DNA from: Alphaproteobacteria bacterium
Lineage (GTDB): Bacteria > Pseudomonadota > Alphaproteobacteria > UBA9219
DNA: 64,000 nt
Reading direction: 5' to 3'
Assembly (NCBI GenBank): GCA_019233975.1
Contig: JAFALY010000030.1
Location: 1,550 to 65,549, forward strand
Below are positions 49,431 to 60,419 of this stretch, in pieces. Numbering within the stretch: the first letter of the stretch is position 1; each line of letters begins with the position of its first letter. The notes under the pieces were generated by a model that saw only the letters and a program-made list of their open reading frames with translations, did no database searches and had not been told where the DNA came from. A program made the translations under genes and the position numbers.

Positions 49431-49432
49431 TT

Positions 49433-50407
49433 TTATCCAACCTGCTGGATGGCTGATAAAAGCCAATGACCGCCACCATGTGCGCGGGCAAAGGTCCATA
49501 TTTCCTCGGCCCCCTCGGCACGCTGACTGTCGCCGGAGGCAACATAATCTGCCGCCGCAGGTTCGCGGTCCAATCGCGCCATAAAGTCAACCGCCGACCA
49601 CTTCATGCGCGCTGTGACGTAGTCCAGATCATATTCTGTCCACGCCTCCAGAACGTCACAAGACACCACCACTACGTCGCGGATGATGTTGGCCAGACCG
49701 CGGCTGGAGTTATTCGACAACGCCTCATTAAAATACTGCAAAATTTCCGGCGTCACATATTGCCGCAAATGCGTCAAGTCAGCCTTGCCCCACGCCACCT
49801 GAATGTTCACCAGCAGGTCACGGAAAGCGCTTATATCATCCCCCGTCGGCGCAAAGGGCGCGCCGATGCTTGCGGTGGATTGGGTCTGCATTTGCGGCTG
49901 CGTCTGGAACATAGGTTCCGACGTATATGTGCGGCCCGCGCGCGGGCCGTTTCTGAAAAACACTTTGTAAATCCAATAGCCAATGCCGAACATCAGAAGC
50001 AGTTGGAACAGACCACCCAGCATGCTGCCCATCGGCGAGAAACCCATGCCGCCATAGCCGTAACCCATTGACGAACCAAACAGCATGTGCGCCAAACTGC
50101 CGCCCAGAAAACCGCCGGCAAGACCGCTCCAAAACGGGTGCCAGCCACTTTGCGGATAGGCAGGCGCCACAGGCGCAGACGGCGCATAAGAGGGGTTAGT
50201 CTGGTACGAAGGCGGCGGCGTCACGCTGCGCTGGATCGGGCTCGCGGTCGGCGCGGAAGGCACAGACTGATAAGTGCGCGACCCACGGCTGCCCATACTC
50301 ATACTGCCGCCGCTCGTACTACCCGCTCTTGCAAAACCATCCACCGGCGCTAGCGCCAACAACAAAACCGCCAGAACCAACAGGAAGCGGCTGATCAAAT
50401 TCTTCAT
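49433..50407 (-). CDS. Tim44-like-domain membrane protein
   Basis: Signal/TM segment MKNLISRFLLVLAVLLLALAP, Pro/Ser-rich linker, Gly-rich TM region, and a C-terminal Tim44-like domain. Confidence 0.6.
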   Translation of the reverse strand: MKNLISRFLLVLAVLLLALAPVDGFARAGSTSGGSMSMGSRGSRTYQSVPSAPTASPIQRSVTPPPSYQTNPSYAPSAPVAPAYPQSGWHPFWSGLAGGFLGGSLAHMLFGSSMGYGYGGMGFSPMGSMLGGLFQLLLMFGIGYWIYKVFFRNGPRAGRTYTSEPMFQTQPQMQTQSTASIGAPFAPTGDDISAFRDLLVNIQVAWGKADLTHLRQYVTPEILQYFNEALSNNSSRGLANIIRDVVVVSCDVLEAWTEYDLDYVTARMKWSAVDFMARLDREPAAADYVASGDSQRAEGAEEIWTFARAHGGGHWLLSAIQQVG

Positions 50408-50423
50408 TTCACCCTCATAGAGA

Positions 50424-51578
50424 TTATATTGTTGGCTGTGAGCGCCACTGCACCAGCCAGCGGTCAAAATCCTCGGCCGGCATCGGCTTGCCCATCAGAT
50501 ATCCCTGCCCGAAGTCGCAGCCTTTGCTCGCCAGCATGTTCCACGTGCGTGCATCTTCCACACCTTCGGCAATCACCTTCAATCCCAAATTATGACCAAG
50601 GTCGATGATAGAATTGACAATGACTTCGCAGTCACGGCTGGTTGCCATATCACTGACGAAGCCCTTGTCGACCTTCAACTCGCTGAACGGCATACGTTGT
50701 AATTCGCGCAGAGATGAATGGCCCGTGCCAAAATCATCAATCGATACACCGATATTGCGGATGCGCATGCGCAACAAGACGTCCATGGTACGTGTTACGT
50801 CACGCATGGCTTCGTTTTCCGTAACCTCCAGGATCAGGCGTTCCGGCGGCAAATTATGATGTTTGCACAGTTCAGCGATACGATCGGGCAGTGTCAAATC
50901 CAGCAGGGTCGATGCCGTCACATTAATAGACAGCGTCATATTCTCACCCGCCTGATGCCAACGCGAGGCATGGCGGATGGATTCTTTGATCACCATATCG
51001 GTCATGGGTTGCATCAACCCCTGATCGGCAACGCTTTGCAGAAACTGGTCGGGTGTCAGCACGCCGCGCGCAGGATGCGTCAGGCGAATAAGAGCTTCCG
51101 CGCCCTTCACACGCCGGGTCGCGATTTCAACCACCGGCTGCAGGTAAATTGGCATCGACCCGTCATTGATCGCGGTAGCCAAGTCAGCTGGGTCATGCGC
51201 GGGTTTGTGCGCGCTCATGATGCTTTCGAACAAACCGTTCAACGCAGCAACCGTGATCGGCTTTTCCAGCGCCGCGATCACTTCCAGACCGTGGGCGCTG
51301 CCCAGACGGCGCGCACTGTTCAAAACGCGCGTATCGCTACCGCTCATCAGGCAGATTTTTGTCGTCTTTGATGTTTCGGCCAGCATACGCAGAAGTTCGA
51401 CACCGTCGGTGCCGGGCATCATCAGATCCAACATGATCATTTCAGGCGCAAAGGCTGTCACCAACCCCTGCACCTGCTCGGGATGCGAAATGGTTTTCAC
51501 TTCCATGCCGCGGCGACTGGCGATTTCTGCGATCAGGTCGCAGATATCCTCCTCGTCATCAATGACTAACATTCGCAT
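50424..51578 (-). CDS. Response regulator with REC and EAL domains (c-di-GMP phosphodiesterase type)
   Basis: REC domain (LVIDDEEDICDLI...LDLMMPGTDG) followed by EAL-family motifs (ELLRM.., DDFGTGHSSL, EGVE). Confidence 0.8.
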   Translation of the reverse strand: MRMLVIDDEEDICDLIAEIASRRGMEVKTISHPEQVQGLVTAFAPEMIMLDLMMPGTDGVELLRMLAETSKTTKICLMSGSDTRVLNSARRLGSAHGLEVIAALEKPITVAALNGLFESIMSAHKPAHDPADLATAINDGSMPIYLQPVVEIATRRVKGAEALIRLTHPARGVLTPDQFLQSVADQGLMQPMTDMVIKESIRHASRWHQAGENMTLSINVTASTLLDLTLPDRIAELCKHHNLPPERLILEVTENEAMRDVTRTMDVLLRMRIRNIGVSIDDFGTGHSSLRELQRMPFSELKVDKGFVSDMATSRDCEVIVNSIIDLGHNLGLKVIAEGVEDARTWNMLASKGCDFGQGYLMGKPMPAEDFDRWLVQWRSQPTI

Positions 51579-51636
51579 GGCATGACTTCCCTTGGCGTAT
51601 TAACCATCATCAATCTAGCGTTATCCTTTGCTTTTG

Positions 51637-54366
51637 TCATGCCTGACCTTCTTCGGCGTTTTTCTGCAGGATCTGGGCGATCATTTGACGGACATCGTTC
51701 AACCGGTAGGGTTTTTCAACCAACGGCACGGGATATTGCGCCAAAAAGCTTTGGACATGCGTCGATAGCGTGTCGCCTGTCACATAAATGATACGATTCA
51801 CATAACGCGGCAATTCCTGGCGCAGAACTTCGTACATCCCCGGCCCATCCAGCACCGGCATACGCAGGTCGCTGATGATCACATCATAGGTATCCTTGCG
51901 CAGCTTATCGAGGGCGATAGAGCCGTTGACCGCAATATCTACATGGTGCCCTTCGGGCTCCAGCAAGTCGGCGAGCGTCTGGGCAATTTCAATCTCATCA
52001 TCAACCAGAAGCAGGCGCAACCCGTGCGGCAGAACGACATCCTGCTCCGCTCCCGCCGCCACGGCGGTCGCATGTCCTGCGGGTATGGGCAGTTGCATGA
52101 CAAAGGTAGCGCCGCCACCCGGCGTATCTTCCAATTGCATTTGCCCGCCATGCGCGGAGACAATATTGAGGCAAAGCGAAAGCCCAACGCCCGTGCCGCC
52201 TTTACCACTCTTTGTTGTAAAGAACGGTTCAAACACGCGCGAGCGAATATCGGGTGGGATACCTGGCCCCGTGTCCGAAACACGGATAACGACCATGCCG
52301 TTTTCGATGCATGTCGAGATTTTTATCTCACGACGCCCCGACCACCCTTCCATCGCCTGCGCCGCATTCAAAACCAGATTCGTAATAACCTGGGTCAACT
52401 GGTCGCTGTCACCGATGATGGCAGGCAGATGCTCCGCAAGAGTCATTGTCGTCTGGATATTGCCGGTTTTCATCTGGTAGCCCAGCAGTTCCAGACCGGA
52501 ATTGATGATACCGTTGACGTCAATCGCCTTATGTTCGGGCGGCTTGCGGCGCGCCAGTGCCAAAAAGCTTTTGACAATGCGGGTGCAACGATCCGCCGCC
52601 TTGAATATCTTTTCAGCACGGCTTGTGATCTTGGGTTCTTGCGTGTCTTCACTCAACAAGGTCGCCTGCCCGACAATGACAGAAAGCGGGTTGTTCAATT
52701 CGTGCGCGACACCGGCCAGCAAGCCACCCAGCGCCGCCATTTTTTCGCTTTGCTGCAGGGCTTCCTGCTGACGCGAAATCTGTGCCTCGGCGCGCTTGCG
52801 TTCGGTGAGGTCATAGAAGCCGATCACCATCGCGTCTTCGCTTTGATAATTAATGCGGCGCGCCGACAAGGCCGCGTCGATGGGCATACCCGTGCTGCGT
52901 TCCAGGCGGACTTCCATCATATTGACAGCCTGCCCCGACATCATGGCACGCCACAATTGTTCGCGCGTGTCCGTACTGACGATAAACTGGTCGAAATAGT
53001 AATTCAGGATAGCGCCGTTATGCAGGTCGAACAACTGTTCGGCGCCAGGACTGGCGTAAAGAACCGCATTGCTGCGCAGGCTGATAATCATAACCGGCAC
53101 GGGGTGCGCTTCGGTAATACTACGGAAGCGCGCTTCACTGGCGCGCAGAGCGACTTCACTCTGTTTACGGGCCGTAATGTCGCTGGTTGAACCCACCAGA
53201 CGCATCACGCGGCGCGTACCCGGACGACGTACGGCAACCACCTTGGAATGCAGCCAGCGGCGCTCGCGGTTAGCACTGATCACACGATATTCGATGTTGA
53301 TGGTGTTGGCATCCGGGCTGTGGCGAAAACGCCGCAGCGCTTCGCGCACGATACGCCGATCGGCAGGCAAGACCATGCGCATCCACAATTTTAAACTACG
53401 CACATTGTTTTCCAGTCGCAGGCCGATGATCTTGCGGAACTGATCCGAGAAGAACACCTCACCGCTTTGCATATCCCAGTCAAACAGACCTTCGTTTGCA
53501 CCGCGCGTGGCCAGCGTAAACCGTTCGTTACTGGTTGCCAGCGCGCGTTCCTTTTCTTCCTGACGCGCCGCAAACTGGCTGGCGATCACAATCGCAAACA
53601 TCAGCGCCGCCATTGAGAACGAGACATAGGTAAAGTTGTAGCTGCTGGAAGCATTGCTGATAAGCCCCAACTCATGCAACGGATCAGCCAACGTGCCGGC
53701 AAGGAAGAATGTAAAGGCGATGATATGCGTGAAACTGCCACTGACACCCGCATGCAAACACGCAACCCCAGTGGACATCACGACCATAACGGTCAGGGCG
53801 CTGAGCATCGGCAGGATAAAATGCACCAAAGATTGGTCAAACAAGGAATAGGCCAACAGGATGCTGAGCGCCAAACCGAATACAACCAGCGGGGTGCGAA
53901 ACTGCGGTGCGTGAACATCAACCTCAAGGAAGTAGTAAGTGAAGCTGAGGCTGAACAGGCACGACAGGATCAAGCTATAACTGGTCAGAAGCGCACGCAT
54001 GTTGGGTGTCTGAAATCCCAATTGCAGCATCAGAAGATCGTTCGTACTGGCGATATACAGGCAGAGACATAACAGCAGGCAGAGCAAAAACACCTGCCCC
54101 CTGTCGCGCATCACAACCCAGATGAAAAACAGATAAGCGGATGCCGTCAGCATGACGCCCAGGAAAAGACCGAAGACCAGACTGGCAGTCTTGGCACCTA
54201 TGTCGCCCGACAAGGTTGCGCTGTTGCTATCCACAAAATCGAAAGCATGCACGCCGGGTACGCCCATGCATACGAATGCCAAAAGGCATAGCCATAACTT
54301 TTGGCAACGCACAAATATGTGCGGCTTCTGGCAGTCAGCCGTCAGTGTGGCAAAGGAGGGTAACAA
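51637..54366 (-). CDS. Hybrid sensor histidine kinase (7TM-DISM-type membrane module, PAS, HisKA, HATPase, C-terminal REC)
   Basis: Seven hydrophobic helices, PAS regions, H-box LAGVAHELNNPLSVI, N/G1/G2 boxes, and a C-terminal receiver (LLLVDDEIEI...DLRMPVLDG). Confidence 0.85.
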   Translation of the reverse strand: MLPSFATLTADCQKPHIFVRCQKLWLCLLAFVCMGVPGVHAFDFVDSNSATLSGDIGAKTASLVFGLFLGVMLTASAYLFFIWVVMRDRGQVFLLCLLLCLCLYIASTNDLLMLQLGFQTPNMRALLTSYSLILSCLFSLSFTYYFLEVDVHAPQFRTPLVVFGLALSILLAYSLFDQSLVHFILPMLSALTVMVVMSTGVACLHAGVSGSFTHIIAFTFFLAGTLADPLHELGLISNASSSYNFTYVSFSMAALMFAIVIASQFAARQEEKERALATSNERFTLATRGANEGLFDWDMQSGEVFFSDQFRKIIGLRLENNVRSLKLWMRMVLPADRRIVREALRRFRHSPDANTINIEYRVISANRERRWLHSKVVAVRRPGTRRVMRLVGSTSDITARKQSEVALRASEARFRSITEAHPVPVMIISLRSNAVLYASPGAEQLFDLHNGAILNYYFDQFIVSTDTREQLWRAMMSGQAVNMMEVRLERSTGMPIDAALSARRINYQSEDAMVIGFYDLTERKRAEAQISRQQEALQQSEKMAALGGLLAGVAHELNNPLSVIVGQATLLSEDTQEPKITSRAEKIFKAADRCTRIVKSFLALARRKPPEHKAIDVNGIINSGLELLGYQMKTGNIQTTMTLAEHLPAIIGDSDQLTQVITNLVLNAAQAMEGWSGRREIKISTCIENGMVVIRVSDTGPGIPPDIRSRVFEPFFTTKSGKGGTGVGLSLCLNIVSAHGGQMQLEDTPGGGATFVMQLPIPAGHATAVAAGAEQDVVLPHGLRLLLVDDEIEIAQTLADLLEPEGHHVDIAVNGSIALDKLRKDTYDVIISDLRMPVLDGPGMYEVLRQELPRYVNRIIYVTGDTLSTHVQSFLAQYPVPLVEKPYRLNDVRQMIAQILQKNAEEGQA

Positions 54367-54558
54367 TCAGATTCCCCGGCAGGATATTTCTTCAAACATG
54401 CCAGACTGATAGTTAAAAAGTTTTAACTTTGCGGTGCACAATTCCATTTCTTTGCCTTATTTGGCCGCCAAAGTGCTTTGACCTTTGCGTCTTTGGGGTT
54501 TAAACCATGCGCGTCAATCGCTGTTCCGGCCCGGAACGGCTCTTTCAATGGAATAAAA

Positions 54559-56850
54559 ATGAGTCAGTCCACGATCAGCCCGAATAAAATCAGCGTTACA
54601 GATGATGAAGCCCTCGCCTTTCACATGGAAGGACGTCCGGGAAAATTGCAAATCACCCCGACCAAACCTCTTGTGACACAGCGGGACCTGTCGCTGGCCT
54701 ATTCACCGGGCGTGGCCGTGCCTTGCCTAAAAATCGAAGAAAACCCCGACGCGGCCTATGATTACACCGCGCGCGGCAATGTGGTGGCCGTTATTTCCAA
54801 CGGCACGGCCGTTCTGGGCCTGGGTGATTTGGGCGCGTTAGCCTCCAAGCCCGTCATGGAAGGCAAAGCCGTTCTGTTCAAACGATTTGCCGACGTGGAC
54901 GGTATCGATCTTGAAATCGACACCAAAGACGTTGATGCGTTCATTAACTGCGTCCGTTATCTGGGCCCCTCTTTCGGCGGCATCAATCTAGAAGACATCA
55001 AAGCGCCGGATTGCTTCATCATCGAACAAAAACTGCGCGAAGTCATGGATATCCCTGTCTTCCATGATGACCAGCATGGTACAGCCATCATTGCCGCCGC
55101 TGGCCTGATCAACGCGTTGCATCTGACCGGCCGATCGATCAAGGATACACGACTGGTCGTCAATGGCGCGGGCGCATCGGCTATCGCCTGCGTCGAACTG
55201 TTTAAATCCCTGGGCGTGCCGCACAACAACGTCATCATGTGCGACACCAAGGGCGTTATCTATCAAGGCCGCAAAGACGGCATGAACCAGTGGAAGTCAG
55301 CGCATGCCGTTGAAACGCAGGCACGCACCTTGATTGAAGCCTTAAAGGGTGCCGATGTCTTTGTCGGCCTGTCCGCCAAGGGTGCCGTAACGCCGCAAAT
55401 GGTAAAGGATATGGCCAAGAGCCCGATTATCTTCGCCATGGCCAACCCGGACCCAGAAATCACGCCGGAAGAGGTCCACAGCGTACGCCCTGACGCCATC
55501 GTCGCCACAGGCCGTTCCGACTATGCGAACCAAATCAACAATGTTCTGGGCTTCCCCTACATCTTCCGTGGTGCTTTGGACGTGCGCGCTTCAACCATCA
55601 ATGATGATATGAAGTTGGCGGCCGCGCATGCTTTGGCCGAGCTTGCCCGCGCCGACGTGCCGGACGAAGTTGCCGCCGCCTATGGTGGTCGCCGTCTGAG
55701 CTATGGCCCGGAATACATCATCCCGGTCCCGTTCGACCCGCGCCTGATCGTTGAAATTCCAGTAGCCGTAGCCGCCGCTGCTATGAAGAGTGGCGTTGCA
55801 CGCAAGCCCATCGCGGACTTCGAGGCCTATCGTCACGCCTTACGCGCGCGCCTTGACCCCACGGCGGACAGCCTCGAACTGATCTTCCAGGCCGCCAAAC
55901 AGAACCCGCGCCGCGTTGTTTTCGCCGAAGGCGAAGAGGAAGCCATTGTCCGCGCCGCCCTTCAGTTCAAAGCAGCGGGGCTCGGCACCCCCGTTCTTGT
56001 GGGACGTGAAGAAATCGTGCGCGCACATATGAAAAATCTGAACCTGACTAAGGATCAGGAACTGGAAATCGTCAACGCACGCCTGTCCAGCGAGAACGGC
56101 AAATATTACGAACATGTCTACAAGCGTTTGCAACGCAAGGGCTTCATCCAGCGCGATTGTCAGCGCATGATCAACCAGAACCGTAACGTGTTCGCCGCCG
56201 CCATGGTCGCAACCGGTGATGCCGACGCCATGATTACAGGTCTTTCGCGTAAATACGCCGTCAATTACGATGACATCCGCAAAGTGATAGATCCGCAGCC
56301 AAGCGGGGCTTTCGGCCTTTCAATCGGTATTGCGCAAGACCGCACGGTCTTTCTGGCGGATACGGCCGTTCATGTTGAACCATCCCCCGAGCGTATGGCA
56401 CGCACCGCCATTGCCGCCGCCGAATGGGCTCAACGCCTTGGCCATACGCCGCGTGTTGCGTTTCTGTCCTTCTCCAACTTTGGACAACAGCGCGAACATT
56501 ACGCAGAACCCATCGCACGTGCCGTTTCCCTTCTGGACACCGAATACAAGGATAAAGCCCATTTCGAATATGACGGTGAAATGACAGCGGATGTCGCGCT
56601 GGACTACCCCCTGATGCGCCGCCTTTATCCGTTCTGCCGCCTGACAGGCCCGGCCAATGTCCTGGTCATGCCCAACCTGCTATGCGCCAACATAACGACC
56701 AAGCTGTTGCAAAGCATTGGCGGCACGACGGTCATCGGCCCCATTTTGTCTGGCCTCGAAAAACCCGTGCAGATATTGCGCATCGGTTCAACCGTGTCGG
56801 ATATTGTGACAATGGCCATGCTGGCCGCCTATCAGGCGTCACGGCGATAA
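54559..56850 (+). CDS. maeB: NADP-dependent malic enzyme (malic enzyme domain plus phosphotransacetylase-like domain)
   Basis: ~760 aa. NAD(P)-binding GAGASAIA. Malic enzyme N-domain and C-terminal PTA-like domain. Confidence 0.88.
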   Translation: MSQSTISPNKISVTDDEALAFHMEGRPGKLQITPTKPLVTQRDLSLAYSPGVAVPCLKIEENPDAAYDYTARGNVVAVISNGTAVLGLGDLGALASKPVMEGKAVLFKRFADVDGIDLEIDTKDVDAFINCVRYLGPSFGGINLEDIKAPDCFIIEQKLREVMDIPVFHDDQHGTAIIAAAGLINALHLTGRSIKDTRLVVNGAGASAIACVELFKSLGVPHNNVIMCDTKGVIYQGRKDGMNQWKSAHAVETQARTLIEALKGADVFVGLSAKGAVTPQMVKDMAKSPIIFAMANPDPEITPEEVHSVRPDAIVATGRSDYANQINNVLGFPYIFRGALDVRASTINDDMKLAAAHALAELARADVPDEVAAAYGGRRLSYGPEYIIPVPFDPRLIVEIPVAVAAAAMKSGVARKPIADFEAYRHALRARLDPTADSLELIFQAAKQNPRRVVFAEGEEEAIVRAALQFKAAGLGTPVLVGREEIVRAHMKNLNLTKDQELEIVNARLSSENGKYYEHVYKRLQRKGFIQRDCQRMINQNRNVFAAAMVATGDADAMITGLSRKYAVNYDDIRKVIDPQPSGAFGLSIGIAQDRTVFLADTAVHVEPSPERMARTAIAAAEWAQRLGHTPRVAFLSFSNFGQQREHYAEPIARAVSLLDTEYKDKAHFEYDGEMTADVALDYPLMRRLYPFCRLTGPANVLVMPNLLCANITTKLLQSIGGTTVIGPILSGLEKPVQILRIGSTVSDIVTMAMLAAYQASRR

Positions 56851-56871
56851 CGCAAACAACACCAAGAAAAA

Positions 56872-56898
56872 AGGCGCTCTTTTCAGAGCGCCCTTTTA
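56872..56898. terminator. Bidirectional rho-independent terminator (GGCGCTCT-TTTC-AGAGCGCC flanked by A7 and T4)
   Basis: Stem-loop between the convergent maeB and the substrate-binding-protein gene. Confidence 0.65.
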
Positions 56899-56915
56899 TT
56901 GCAGTCATGCCAGCC

Positions 56916-58079
56916 CTACTTGTTGGCCAACGCCACTGTTTTAAAGCTGCCATCCTTTTGGATAACGGTCAGGAACACGGCGTCCGAGCCCTGCGTTCTA
57001 CCATTGCCAAACTGTAACTTGAGCCCATTTAGGTCATAGTCACCGCTGGACAATGCCGCCATCAAGCTTTGGCGGGTCAGCGTGGTTCCGGCCTTCTCCA
57101 ACGCCTCGATCACCATACGGCCAACCGCATAACCTTCGAGCGATACAAAGCTAAAGGGTTCCTGCTTGTCATAGGCACGCATCGCCATCAGGTACTTCAT
57201 GATAAAGGGTTGTCCGACATCGTAATAAGAAGGTACAACCTGCGTCACAAGAACGCCTTCGGCATCCGGCCCCAATTCCTTGGCCAACGCATCGCTGCCG
57301 ACAAACGATATGTTCACAAAGACAGCTTTAACACCGGCCTTTTTCGCTTCGCGAATAAATTCCGCTGCAGGCGCATAGGCTGCCACCATCACGACCGCCT
57401 CAGGCTGCGCCGCCTTGATTTTGTCAAGCGCCGCCGCAATGTCCTTTGTACCGCGGGGATAGCCGCCTTCAGCCACCAAGGTCATGCTGCGCTTGTCCAT
57501 GGCGGCTTTTACGCCTGAGAGACCAGCCTGACCAAAAGCATCATCCTGGTAAAAGGCTGCAACCTTCTTCAAGCCCAAATCCTTGGTCAGATATTGAATC
57601 CAGACCTCGGTTTCCTGACCGTAGGAGGCACGGAAGTTCACAACGTTCTTCCACTTCGGATCACGCAGGCTCTTCGCGCCCGTCAACGCGCCAACAAACG
57701 GAACATTGGCTTCTTCCGTAATAGGAACTATTGCATTTGAAGTTGGTGTGCCAACGCAACCGACAACCGCAAACACTTTGTCGTCATTAATCACCTGCTT
57801 GACAGACGCGGCAGCCTTATCGGGATCATAAGAGTCGTCACGCGATACAAGAGTGATCTTTCGCCCGTTGATGCCACCCGTATAGTTGACTTCAGAAAAC
57901 GCAGCCATCAAACCCGTGCGCATCCCCTTGCCGAGCCAGCTGTTGGCGCCTTCTAGAGCGGCCACCTGACCCAACTTGATTTCAGTGGGCGTAATGCCGA
58001 CTTCCTCCGCCAGAGCAGGTTTTCCAAAACATAGGGCCGCAAGTACTGCGGCAGCGAAAAGACTGCGTATACTTTTCAT
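56916..58079 (-). CDS. Orphan Liv-type (PBP type-1) ABC substrate-binding protein
   Basis: Signal peptide and PBP1 fold. No transporter genes adjacent. Confidence 0.75.
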   Translation of the reverse strand: MKSIRSLFAAAVLAALCFGKPALAEEVGITPTEIKLGQVAALEGANSWLGKGMRTGLMAAFSEVNYTGGINGRKITLVSRDDSYDPDKAAASVKQVINDDKVFAVVGCVGTPTSNAIVPITEEANVPFVGALTGAKSLRDPKWKNVVNFRASYGQETEVWIQYLTKDLGLKKVAAFYQDDAFGQAGLSGVKAAMDKRSMTLVAEGGYPRGTKDIAAALDKIKAAQPEAVVMVAAYAPAAEFIREAKKAGVKAVFVNISFVGSDALAKELGPDAEGVLVTQVVPSYYDVGQPFIMKYLMAMRAYDKQEPFSFVSLEGYAVGRMVIEALEKAGTTLTRQSLMAALSSGDYDLNGLKLQFGNGRTQGSDAVFLTVIQKDGSFKTVALANK

Positions 58080-58283
58080 GGTAGCCTCTTTTTCGTTGGG
58101 GGATTGAGGATATAGAATCTGGATCAGGCACTAATCTGGTGAATTTTTCCTCATGATTGTTTAACCAATCACTAATGTACACTGTGGGCAGTCATTCACA
58201 CCAGCGAACTTCACCAAAGATTAAGCGAATCAGCCTTAACGTAAGTCCACCTTACATTCAGTACTGTTATGAAGAGGGCTGTC

Positions 58284-58448
58284 ATGCGTGACTTCCTGCA
58301 CTTCGCACAATCGTCCCGCGGCGCAACAACTGCCGAATATGGGGTCATTGCATCGATTATATCTATGACCATTGTTGGTGCGCTGGCTTCGTTGGCACCG
58401 CGGTTTTCTGAAATGATAGAAGAGTTTGTCGACCGCCTAATGATGTAA
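58284..58448 (+). CDS. flp: Flp/Fap-family type IVb pilin
   Basis: MRDFLHFAQSSRGATTAEYGVIASIISMTIVGA. G/ATTAEYG processing motif followed by a hydrophobic helix. 54 aa, under the track threshold. Confidence 0.75.
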   Translation: MRDFLHFAQSSRGATTAEYGVIASIISMTIVGALASLAPRFSEMIEEFVDRLMM

Positions 58449-58574
58449 CAGGCAAGCGGCGGCGGCGGTTCCTTTATTTCTCGTTAACCCTGTTCGGGTG
58501 ATAGTAGTCGGCAAATCTCTCGCGCTATCCTTGAAGAGGCTGTCATTATACCGTCACTGCCCGTCCTGGCCGCT

Positions 58575-59054
58575 ATGCATCTGGCCATTTTGTTTTCTGT
58601 TGCCGTATTACTGGCGGCGGCGGCCTATAATGACGCGCAATATTACCGCATACCGAACCGCATTTGCGTAGCCCTGATCCTTTTATTCCCCGCTTCGTTG
58701 TTAACCGCGCCGTCAGATATCGACTGGCATCAGCATTTGATGATCTTCATCCTCGTCCTTGTCTTCGGTTTTATCATGTTCACGCAGCAGATCGCAGGCG
58801 GCGGCGATATTAAGTTGCTGGCTGCCATATCACTGTGGGCTGGGCCGCATTATATAGCAGTCTTCATCATCACCACCGCGCTGGCCGGCGGTCTGCTGGC
58901 CGTATTGATGGTAGGGCTGACACGTTTGCGTAACAGGAAACGCGCCAAACCGCTTGCCATACAAAATGTTCCTATCCCCTATGGCGTCGCCATAGCGGCG
59001 GGCGGCTTTATAGCCCTGTACCATCTGGTACAGCCCATTCTTTTCCCCGAATAA
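58575..59054 (+). CDS. cpaA: Prepilin peptidase CpaA/TadV (A24 family, no methyltransferase domain)
   Basis: Polytopic ~160 aa protein with Asp-containing motifs (YNDAQYYRIPN, GGGDIKLLAA). Confidence 0.75.
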   Translation: MHLAILFSVAVLLAAAAYNDAQYYRIPNRICVALILLFPASLLTAPSDIDWHQHLMIFILVLVFGFIMFTQQIAGGGDIKLLAAISLWAGPHYIAVFIITTALAGGLLAVLMVGLTRLRNRKRAKPLAIQNVPIPYGVAIAAGGFIALYHLVQPILFPE

Positions 59055-59096
59055 AGCCAAGCTTGCGCTTTCGGTCCGGCCTGCTAAACCCTAGGC

Positions 59097-60332
59097 GTGA
59101 TGCAATCAAGGGAGGCGATGATGCAGGAATTTTTAACACTGGATGATCTGTCGTTTGCTGGCAAAACGGTTTTACTGCGCGCCGATCTGAATGTGCCGAT
59201 GAAAAACGGCAAGGTTACGGACACCGAACGTCTGCAGCGTTTACAACCCACAATGCGCGATTTGTCCAAAGCAGGTGCCAAGATCGTCATCCTATCTCAT
59301 TTCGGCCGTCCGGAAGGACAGCCCAACGCGAAATACAGCTTGCGCCCCGTAGCTGATGCACTGGCCGATATTTACGGTCAACCTGTCGCCTTTGCCGAAG
59401 ATTGTGTGGGGGATATGGCCAAGAGCGCCATTCAAGCCTTACAGCCCGGCAAGGTACTGGTTCTGGAAAACACCCGCTTCCATGCAGGCGAAGAAAAGAA
59501 TGACCCTGCTTTCGCCAAGGCCCTGTCGGCTCTGGGGGATGTCTTTGTGAATGATGCGTTTTCTGCGGCGCACCGTGCGCACGCCTCAACCGAAGGTCTG
59601 GCGCATTTGTTGCCTGCAGTTGCGGGCCGTCTGATGCAGGCAGAACTGGAAGCCCTGAACAAGGCGCTTGGACAACCCCAGCGTCCGCTCGCGGCACTGG
59701 TGGGTGGTTCTAAAATCTCGACCAAGCTTGACCTGCTCAACAATCTGGTCAGCAAGGTTGACGTGCTGGTTTTGGGCGGCGGCATGGCCAATACATTTCT
59801 GGCAGCAGATGGTTATGCGGTCGGCAAGTCGCTTTACGAATCCAATATGCTGGACACAGCACGCAGCATTGCCGCGCAGGCCAAATTGCGCGGTTGCGCC
59901 CTGGTTCTACCCACCGACGTGATTGTGGCGTCGGAACTGAAAGACGGCACACCAACCGAACGCGCGACCATCCAGAACGTGCCGCAGGATAAAATGATTT
60001 TGGATTTGGGCCCCGATAGCGCCAAGGCGATTGTTGAGAAACTGTCCACCTGCAAGACCGTCGTGTGGAATGGCCCGCTGGGCGCATTTGAAATTCTGCC
60101 GTTTGACCGCGCAACCGTGGATGTCGCCAAAGGCGTCGCTAGCCTGACACAAAAGGGCACCATTCTGTCCGTAGCCGGTGGCGGGGACACGGTCGCCGCC
60201 CTGTCACATGCGGGTATCGCGCGTCAGGTCAGCTATCTGTCCACGGCAGGCGGCGCGTTTCTGGAATGGCTGGAAGGCAAGGATTTACCAGGCGTTGCCG
60301 CCCTGCGCCAGGCAGCACAAAAAGCGGCCTGA
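59097..60332 (+). CDS. pgk: Phosphoglycerate kinase
   Basis: RADLNVP, hinge and C-terminal nucleotide-binding motifs ([19 protein letters not shown]). Start could be 59121. Confidence 0.9.
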   Translation: MMQSREAMMQEFLTLDDLSFAGKTVLLRADLNVPMKNGKVTDTERLQRLQPTMRDLSKAGAKIVILSHFGRPEGQPNAKYSLRPVADALADIYGQPVAFAEDCVGDMAKSAIQALQPGKVLVLENTRFHAGEEKNDPAFAKALSALGDVFVNDAFSAAHRAHASTEGLAHLLPAVAGRLMQAELEALNKALGQPQRPLAALVGGSKISTKLDLLNNLVSKVDVLVLGGGMANTFLAADGYAVGKSLYESNMLDTARSIAAQAKLRGCALVLPTDVIVASELKDGTPTERATIQNVPQDKMILDLGPDSAKAIVEKLSTCKTVVWNGPLGAFEILPFDRATVDVAKGVASLTQKGTILSVAGGGDTVAALSHAGIARQVSYLSTAGGAFLEWLEGKDLPGVAALRQAAQKAA

Positions 60333-60419
60333 CGCGATCATGCGCATTTTGTCGCGATGCGGTAACAAGAATTGCGTTGCACAGCCACAATTTGCTATGA
60401 TGAACGCCTATTCCGGTGA

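Noticed and set aside
51896-53443. Several long plus-strand ORFs (51896..52480, 51943..53190, 53069..53443) opposite the hybrid histidine kinase
   Set aside because: Antisense to a well-supported 909-aa kinase gene. Arg/Cys-rich translations typical of GC-rich shadow frames.
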